Assembly (NCBI GenBank): GCA_038245785.1
Contig: JBBRSB010000009.1
Coordinates: forward strand, 67,397-131,396
Direction: 5' to 3'
DNA length: 64,000 nucleotides
Origin: Gloeobacterales cyanobacterium
GTDB taxonomy: Bacteria > Cyanobacteriota > Cyanobacteriia > Gloeobacterales > PMM-0068
Under the pieces are notes generated by a model. That model searched no databases, had not been told where the DNA came from, and saw only the letters and a list, made by a program, of their open reading frames with translations. This document shows, one piece after another, positions 58,430 to 64,000 of the stretch. Positions within the stretch are counted from its first letter, which is position 1; every line of letters begins with the position of its first letter. Made by a program: the position numbers and the translations under genes.

Positions 58430-59005
58430 TTAGGGCGGAGAACGAAAACAAGACACTACGTGATCATTGACCATGCCGACGGCCTGCATGTAGGCATAGA
58501 TGATAGTCGAGCCGACAAAACTCATGCCGCGCTTTTTTAAGTCCTTCGACAAGTCATCCGATTCAGCGGTCTGCGCCGGGACATCGTCCCTGGTTTTGGG
58601 GCGATTGATTTTGGGGTTCCCACCGATAAACGGCCAGACGTAGGCATCGAACGAACTGAATTCTTTTTGAATCGCAAGAAACACAAGGGCATTTTTGCGA
58701 GCCGAAAAAACTTTGAGCCGATTGCGAACAATGCTCGGCTCCAACAGTAGCGCTTCGAGTTCGCTATCGCTCATGGCTGCGACTTCTTTCGGATCAAACT
58801 GTTTGAATGTCCGACGATAGCCTTCACGTAATTTCAAGATGGTTTCCCAACTCAAGCCAGCTTGCGCACCTTCTAAAATCAGCATCTCAAAGTGTTTGCG
58901 GTCGTCATGAACGGGCACCCCCCACTCTGTGTCATGGTAGTGCTGCTCATGAGGCTGCTTACTTTTTTCAGCCCACGCACAACGAATTCTTTGCTTGGAT
59001 TTCAT
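58430..59005 (-). CDS. tag: DNA-3-methyladenine glycosylase I
   Basis: RC.W, YHD.EWG.P, LEGAQAGLSW, IVRNRLK, FVG.TI.YA.MQA.GMVNDH...C. Confidence 0.95.
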   Translation of the reverse strand: MKSKQRIRCAWAEKSKQPHEQHYHDTEWGVPVHDDRKHFEMLILEGAQAGLSWETILKLREGYRRTFKQFDPKEVAAMSDSELEALLLEPSIVRNRLKVFSARKNALVFLAIQKEFSSFDAYVWPFIGGNPKINRPKTRDDVPAQTAESDDLSKDLKKRGMSFVGSTIIYAYMQAVGMVNDHVVSCFRSPP

Positions 59006-59236
59006 GGTTGGGTTATGCCTCTATCGCGGAATGCAGCGCGATGCCCTTGCCCTTGAGTCAAGCACTTCCGCGCAGAAGCCATACTATCTGATGGCGAGGA
59101 TATCCTACAGTCCAGTGCTCAATATTGGATATGCATCTGCTAAACAATCAGGTCCAAGCCCTCTAGGCCAGAAACTTATTTCATTAGATCTCAAACTCTA
59201 ACCTTATTGAGCGGCTTCTACTGTCATCGCCCCAAA

Positions 59237-59506
59237 CTACATCCGTTTCAGTAACTCGTCATACTCATCATGGGTGCCAATCCAATACCAGTAAATATGA
59301 TCAGATTCCAAGAAACCCAGAACACGATAATTGAGACTGACACGAGCGGAGTAAATTGGTTGTCTCTGACTAACTCGTTTGAATTGAAGGCTAGGATGAT
59401 AGGGATCCGCTTGCCAAAACGTATAAGCTTTCGCAGCTTGCTCCTAAACTGATGCAGGAAGACCTCCAAGCTGTTTACGATATGCTTTAGTTACGCTTGA
59501 TTTCAT
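59237..59506 (-). pseudogene. ParE-like toxin with an in-frame nonsense codon
   Basis: MKSSVTKAYRKQLGGLPASV*EQAAKAYTFWQADPYHPSLQFKRV...YR.LG......YWYWIGTHDEYDELLKRM; TAG at 59446-59444; ATGA overlap with the antitoxin. Confidence 0.85.
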
Positions 59507-59733
59507 GTCTGAGATGGAAAAACAGTATCCAATGGAACTGTTTCACCACTTGCGATCTCTTGTCGTACCATTGCGGCCATCTGATCCCACTGATCATCGG
59601 TCGTTACGGCAAAACGAGCTTCCCATTTTTGCTCATCTTGCAATTCAGCCAGAAACCTAGATGCAATCGCATCTTGCTGATCGGGCGGCAGTTTTTGGAT
59701 TTGGGCGATCGCCTGTTGAAGCAGTTCAGTCAT
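59503..59733 (-). CDS. antitoxin-like protein
   Basis: MTELLQQAIAQ...LP..QQDAIA...LAEL.DEQ.W...F...; coupled to the downstream toxin. Confidence 0.75.
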   Translation of the reverse strand: MTELLQQAIAQIQKLPPDQQDAIASRFLAELQDEQKWEARFAVTTDDQWDQMAAMVRQEIASGETVPLDTVFPSQT

Positions 59734-59952
59734 TTCTCAGCAGTGGTGAATACCACAATGTTATACAGCCCCTTAATTCTACCCGATGCTTTAAATAATT
59801 GTTTTCAGTAAATTTATTCGACTCAGAGACTTGTTAGGTTAAATTTGAGTTATAACCTTATCCCATTTAACGGTTGTCAAATAAACCTAAATTTCGCCAC
59901 TAAAGTTGTTAATAAGGTTAGCGTTGATATTAATGAGATATGGTAAAAGTCA

Positions 59953-60243
59953 AAGACAAGTTGCCTCAATGCAACGAGAATGTACTCACTAGACATAGGT
60001 TACAGGCTGGATGCCGAGGGTTTCCATGAGTTGTGCGAGGGAAACTTGGCGCAGTTGGGCGAGGTTGGCGAGGGCTTCAAGGCGTTGGGCACCCAATTGT
60101 TCGATTTGATTGCTGAGTTGGATGAGGGTGTTGTATTCAATGTCGTTGAGGGTTTCGGCTTCGCGTTTAGCGCGGAGTACTTGGTATTGGGCACGGAGTT
60201 CTGAGGGAATGCCTTGGTTGATTTTTTCGAGGAGTTGGGCTTC
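59953..60243 (-). pseudogene. 291-bp partial duplicate of 61488-61778 (5'-truncated antitoxin-like gene plus first codons of the HNH gene)
   Basis: Colinear, highly similar DNA encoding EAQLL.KINQGIPSELRAQYQVLRAKREAETL...PVTYV* and MSSEYI. Confidence 0.85.
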
Positions 60244-60259
60244 GACTCTATAAAACGCA

Positions 60260-60655
60260 TTACGGAATAAAAATTCGCCTTGCACCTTGATAATCCTCGA
60301 TATCTACTACGATATCAACCAAACGATTAACACAACGCTCCCGATAATTTGGTTCAATCAATAGTCGATCAATATTGCCTATCGTAAGGACAGGTAATGA
60401 GTTGGGAGCATTTTCCTCGCGCATCACTTGTTCTAATGAATCTTTTCCCTTCATACTTCGATTAGCAGTGATCAAAATCATCTGATTGACTTGAGCATAC
60501 CGCCAAACGGCGCGGTCGTTGCTGGTGACGGCTAATCCTACTTCTTCAAATAAGACAAAGCGGATAGAAATTAGATCCAGCCATCCACTTGCCGCAAGAC
60601 TACCTGCTAGGACAACAGAATGTCCTCGTAAATTATGGTCTACCAGAAAGTTCAT
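60260..60655 (-). CDS. DUF5615-like PIN-related toxin
   Basis: FLVDHNL, GL....ND..VW..AQ...MILIT.NR, C-terminal G..RIFIP; ATGA-coupled to DUF433. Confidence 0.7.
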   Translation of the reverse strand: MNFLVDHNLRGHSVVLAGSLAASGWLDLISIRFVLFEEVGLAVTSNDRAVWRYAQVNQMILITANRSMKGKDSLEQVMREENAPNSLPVLTIGNIDRLLIEPNYRERCVNRLVDIVVDIEDYQGARRIFIP

Positions 60656-61026
60656 GCTTGAGCTTCAAGCTTGGCTCGTTCTACTTGAAGTTTCGCCCGA
60701 ATCGCTTCTGTACCTGGTTTTGGTGGCTTTGCCGCTATACGAGCGATGCGCTCGCGATTTTGTTCTTCATAATACTGCCGCAATTCTTCGGCGTCCTTGA
60801 GAACAAGTTGGTATTCTGTTTCAACTTCTGCATAGTGACTATCAATGTAGGCCAGAGCAGCATTCACTTGCTCCTCCGTCAGATTGAGCATGGCCCGTAT
60901 AAATTTTGATGGATAGTGTTCTGTCACGTAATCCATCACATCGTAAAGCGTGATGCGCGTACCTTCGATGGTTAGTCCACGTTCCGTACGAATAATTAAG
61001 GTCTGTCCAGTCGGTTCTGGAGTCAT
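60652..61026 (-). CDS. DUF433 family antitoxin
   Basis: I.GTRIT.YDV, L.LT.EQV.AAL.Y. Confidence 0.85.
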   Translation of the reverse strand: MTPEPTGQTLIIRTERGLTIEGTRITLYDVMDYVTEHYPSKFIRAMLNLTEEQVNAALAYIDSHYAEVETEYQLVLKDAEELRQYYEEQNRERIARIAAKPPKPGTEAIRAKLQVERAKLEAQA

Positions 61027-61178
61027 ACCTATAGCCCTTAGGAATCTAGCTTTATGCTACTCCAGATATAGGTGAAGCGTTGCTGGACTTTTCGGAACCC
61101 GCAGACTTGGTGAAGTGGCAAGGCAAATATTCTGCATAGCAGTTGCCACAGATTATCTCTTACCCGCCTGAAATTTGC

Positions 61179-61531
61179 CTAGTCAGGTGGATGTTCATTC
61201 ATGATTGTGAGAACTCGACGCATATTAACTATGCCATCACGGTTGGTTTGCAGGAGGTTGATCGTAGCGCGTCCAATTGGCGTAATCCCCAGCATTTTTG
61301 TCGCATCTGTGTTCCAAATAAAATGCTCGTCCCAGTTCATTTGTCGGGGATGAAAGAGTGGGACGATTTGGTCTGTCACTGGGTCGAGGGCTTCGGTTTT
61401 GGTGTATTTGTAGTTGTTGCAGGTTTGGCAGGAGAGGGCAAGATTTTCTGACTGCGGCAATATTCACACATTCCACGGCCACGCTCGAAGACAAGTTGCT
61501 TCAAGGCAATAGGAATGTACTCACTAGACAT
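61179..61531 (-). pseudogene. HNH endonuclease with internal deletion and frameshift
   Basis: MSSEYIPIALKQLVFERGRGMCEYCRSQ in one frame, ENLALSCQTCNNYK...LFHPR...W.EHF.W in another; the usual DHI.P...GG segment is missing. Confidence 0.8.
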
Positions 61532-61898
61532 AGGTTATAGGCTGGATGCCGAGGGTTTCCATGAGTTGATCGAGGGAAACTTGGCGCAGTTGAGCGAGAT
61601 TGGCGAGGGCTTCGAGGCGTTGGGCACCAAGCTGTTCGATTTGATTGCTGAGTTGGATGAGGGTGTTGTATTCAGTTTCGCTTAGGGTTTCGGCTTCGCG
61701 TTTGGCGCGGAGAACTTGATATTGGGCACGGAGTTCTGAGGGAATGCCTTGGTTGATTTTGTCAAGGAGTTGGGCTTCTTCGGCAGGCAGAACATGGGCT
61801 TTGCGTTGGGTACGCAGGATGACGACCTGTTGGAGCAGCCGATTGAGATCGGTTTCGTCGAGTTGATTAGCGGCCTTGATGAGTTCGTCGAGGCTCAT
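61524..61898 (-). CDS. helical antitoxin-like protein, partner of the HNH gene
   Basis: LS..EY..LI.L....E.L.A.RLEAL..LA.LR.VSL..LM..LGI; overlaps the HNH start by 8 bp. Confidence 0.7.
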   Translation of the reverse strand: MSLDELIKAANQLDETDLNRLLQQVVILRTQRKAHVLPAEEAQLLDKINQGIPSELRAQYQVLRAKREAETLSETEYNTLIQLSNQIEQLGAQRLEALANLAQLRQVSLDQLMETLGIQPITYV

Positions 61899-61982
61899 GA
61901 GTACTTGGGGAGTTGCGATAGCTTTCTTATTATAAACACTCTTATCGGGCTTCCCTCATGACGCTTAAATTCCCAATTTGCG

Positions 61983-62099
61983 GTATAACGCTGCTATCAC
62001 GCGCCCGCAATGTGGAGCGATTTTTGTGTTAATCGCTGCGCTCTACCTAACACAAAAATCGCGTAGCAATGTAGTTCGGAGTGCATAGCTTTGTTAAAT
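61983..62099 (-). other. integron attC recombination site (117 bp)
   Basis: Minus strand R'' ATTTAAC, AAAGC, L'' TATGCAC (extra G versus L' GTGATA), central 15-bp stem GCGATTTTTGTGTTA/TAACACAAAAATCGC, GCAGC, R' GTTATAC; begins 18 bp after the HEPN stop. Confidence 0.85.
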
Positions 62100-62117
62100 C
62101 GTATATTTTCAAAACGC

Positions 62118-62663
62118 TCACTCCAACTTCAAAGCTAGCATTTCTGTAATTTTGCTAAGTTGTCTAAGCTGTTCTTCTAACTGTTTCCTTGTTATTTCAA
62201 CACCAATATCTCCATGAGCTATGGAATCTCTGGTTGACGCCATACTATCCAAAACTGTCAATAAAGTGTGTTCGTCTTCTATGAAAAAAATTCCCATGCT
62301 GTTAAATAGCTTTTCGACTGCTTGAGACTTATATTTAGGGACTCTGTCTTGAGTGAAGTTACGATAATTTATTTCTTTCGGGTTTTTCTTATAGCAAGAC
62401 ACAACTTTATTTAGAGTCAACTCCTCCTCTGAGTTACCGTAAAAATTTCTAGTCAACAAGCATATGTGTATATCAGCGATATCTCTTTTTTTGATTTTAT
62501 CAATATAATTTTCGGCTTTTTGCTTAACGCTTGCTTCAAATTCTGAAAGCATCATTAACCACATTGCCTTTAGTGTATAAGATTCGCTCTCATTTTTCGG
62601 CTCTCCTTCTCTCCCAGTAAAAGTACTAAGAACGTCTAAAATTCTGGACTTACCTTCATCCAT
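62118..62663 (-). CDS. HEPN-domain protein (RiboL-PSP/MAE_28990-like)
   Basis: Rx4H motif RDSIAHG and upstream SEFE helix; 1 bp downstream of DUF262. Confidence 0.75.
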   Translation of the reverse strand: MDEGKSRILDVLSTFTGREGEPKNESESYTLKAMWLMMLSEFEASVKQKAENYIDKIKKRDIADIHICLLTRNFYGNSEEELTLNKVVSCYKKNPKEINYRNFTQDRVPKYKSQAVEKLFNSMGIFFIEDEHTLLTVLDSMASTRDSIAHGDIGVEITRKQLEEQLRQLSKITEMLALKLE

Positions 62664-62664
62664 A

Positions 62665-63717
62665 TTAAAGTTCCGAATTAGAAATAATATTTTTAATTTC
62701 AGAAACTCTTTTTTCGATCATTTTTCCGCCAGCCTGGGAATGCAAGCTTTTTCTAAAATCTGGGTCAACCATTAGTTTTTCGAGATTCGTTACAAACTCT
62801 TCACTCGTAATTGTAATTTCTTTTCCGATGAAATCGGAAAATGCCAACATTTCAGCATCATATAAAGATCGATTTGTCAAACTCGCCCATTTTCCCGTTT
62901 TTTCACCAAAATTCGAAAATGCCTTGTCTCCAAGATATCTATTGACTAATTCGATAGTGTCGAGAAATAGGTTTTTAAGCTTGGCTATCGTCTCTTTAGT
63001 CGGGTTTTGATTTTTTTTCATATAGCTGGTAAGAAAATATGACAGGTTTTTAACGCGCTTGTACTCACTATCGTGGTAAGCAAAAAATCGAAGAACCAAC
63101 TCTTCATGTGCCATGTTTTTATCATCGCTCTTTAATCGTAAATTCAACATCTTTTTAAACAATTTGTCATTTGCTAAGTCTTTGAGTAAATCATTAAACT
63201 CTCCTCTTAACGTGTTATTTCTTATTTCTTGAGGAGTTAACTGAATGCTTCCTAGATTTAGTCGTTCGAACACTTCATATTTCACTTCTTCATCTGACTC
63301 ATTCAAGATGACAATTGCCCTGATAGACCTTTTCCTTATTTCATCACGGTCTCTCTGGGAAAGTTCTGAATACTTTTTATCGTTGACATCGTCTCGCAAT
63401 TGCAGATTCTTTAATGCAAAATCATCCTTAAGAAATCTTTGGAAAGTGTATAGCCGTTGCTGACCATCAATGACCTCATACTTCAAGGTTTCGGCCTGCT
63501 CGGCAAAATAAATAACAGGAATTGGAATATTTAGTAAGAGTGATTCTATTAATCTAGAACATTTATTTTGTACTTCATCATTTGATGCCCAGACATAGTT
63601 TCTCTGATAGTCTGGATTCAAATCAATATCGCCAGAGTCAATCTTATCTACTATATCCTGGACTGAATAATCATATGGTTGAGCCAAAATACGGCGGGGA
63701 GTTTTATTTGAAGTCAT
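62665..63717 (-). CDS. DUF262 (ParB/Srx-like, GmrS-type) domain protein
   Basis: P.YQRNYVW, S.LIES.L..IPIP, IDGQQRL, FERLN.G...L..QEIRN; ATG 63717 follows AGGGA. Confidence 0.92.
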   Translation of the reverse strand: MTSNKTPRRILAQPYDYSVQDIVDKIDSGDIDLNPDYQRNYVWASNDEVQNKCSRLIESLLLNIPIPVIYFAEQAETLKYEVIDGQQRLYTFQRFLKDDFALKNLQLRDDVNDKKYSELSQRDRDEIRKRSIRAIVILNESDEEVKYEVFERLNLGSIQLTPQEIRNNTLRGEFNDLLKDLANDKLFKKMLNLRLKSDDKNMAHEELVLRFFAYHDSEYKRVKNLSYFLTSYMKKNQNPTKETIAKLKNLFLDTIELVNRYLGDKAFSNFGEKTGKWASLTNRSLYDAEMLAFSDFIGKEITITSEEFVTNLEKLMVDPDFRKSLHSQAGGKMIEKRVSEIKNIISNSEL

Positions 63718-63831
63718 GAAATTTTCCCTAAGTATATTTTCAAATACCATACTGATCGATCCATGCCGTAAAAATATTTTTCTTTTCTTTTGTAAAACAT
63801 TAAACGTCACCAACTCAACTATCTGGAAGGG

Positions 63832-63851
63832 GATTTAACTATTTATTAGAC
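63832..63851 (-). other. attI-like simple site
   Basis: Minus strand GTCTAAT-AAATA-GTTAAATC: degenerate L box, 5-bp spacer, GTTRRRY R box; no attC-type long palindrome upstream. Confidence 0.55.
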
Positions 63852-64000
63852 TGACTTTCTCTGTCTTGTATCTTGAGAGTTAACTGGGTAACTAGGTAAT
63901 ACTGGTTCCAGGTCTACTTCCTATAGAGGAAGTGGGAGGCAGAAGTGAGGCTGTTTGTCTGTCTAGGTGATGAGCCTGTTGATTAGATAAGTCCCTTCTG

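Larger units (their letters stand above)
61989..63838 (-). mobile_element. integron gene cassette (about 1850 bp) carrying DUF262 + HEPN
   Basis: Starts G^TTAAATC (63839-63832), exactly complementary to the attC R'' GATTTAAC (62100-62093); co-oriented AT-rich cargo genes. Confidence 0.8.

Noticed and set aside
58406..59210. tag gene as an integron cassette
   Set aside because: It ends GCCCTAAT and looks compositionally foreign, but no attC palindrome follows and no complementary GTTAGGGC core lies upstream
59248..59469. 73-aa ORF from the track
   Set aside because: Out-of-frame shadow of the nonsense-interrupted ParE-like toxin
59760..59766. GTATAAC as R'' of the cassette starting at 61989
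   Set aside because: Complementary to R' GTTATAC but not followed by L boxes or an R'; better explained as the -10 region of the antitoxin gene
59810..59925. attC-like fragments (ACCTAACAAGTC; TAACCTTAT/ATAAGGTTA inverted repeat)
   Set aside because: Too short and AT-rich, with no coherent attC fold
1..64000. CRISPR array, cas genes, integrase or transposase
   Set aside because: No regularly spaced direct repeats with unique spacers, and no ORF with Cas, DDE or tyrosine/serine recombinase motifs seen

Overview
Chromosomal window from a beta-cyanobacterium. HIP1 octamers are scarce and ccmK-L-M-N-O is contiguous, which is compatible with an early-branching, Gloeobacterales-like host (inference). 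The housekeeping backbone includes cysS, trpC, sipA, maf, tldD/E, tRNA-Val(CAC), crtD, gcvH, cysH, the carboxysome operon, sbtAB-like, folP, murG, ubiX and tex, interrupted by accessory segments. Highlights: (1) an apparently intact integron gene cassette at the right end (DUF262 + HEPN cargo, a full 117-bp attC, complementary GTTAAATC/GATTTAAC cores) next to an attI-like simple site, with no integrase inside the window; (2) a second, decayed cassette array at 30.8-33.5 kb, where a DUF6602 cassette sits in a multi-repeat, res-like site rather than a classical attI/attC; (3) a 12-gene uncharacterised catabolic cluster (12.5-23.8 kb) with non-canonical hydrolases; (4) a duplicated ccmK plus its LysR-box promoter placed upstream of sbtAB; (5) many toxin-antitoxin modules whose toxins are selectively damaged, and three accessory genes with ATA where ATG is expected. 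All family assignments are from motif recognition by eye; no searches were run.
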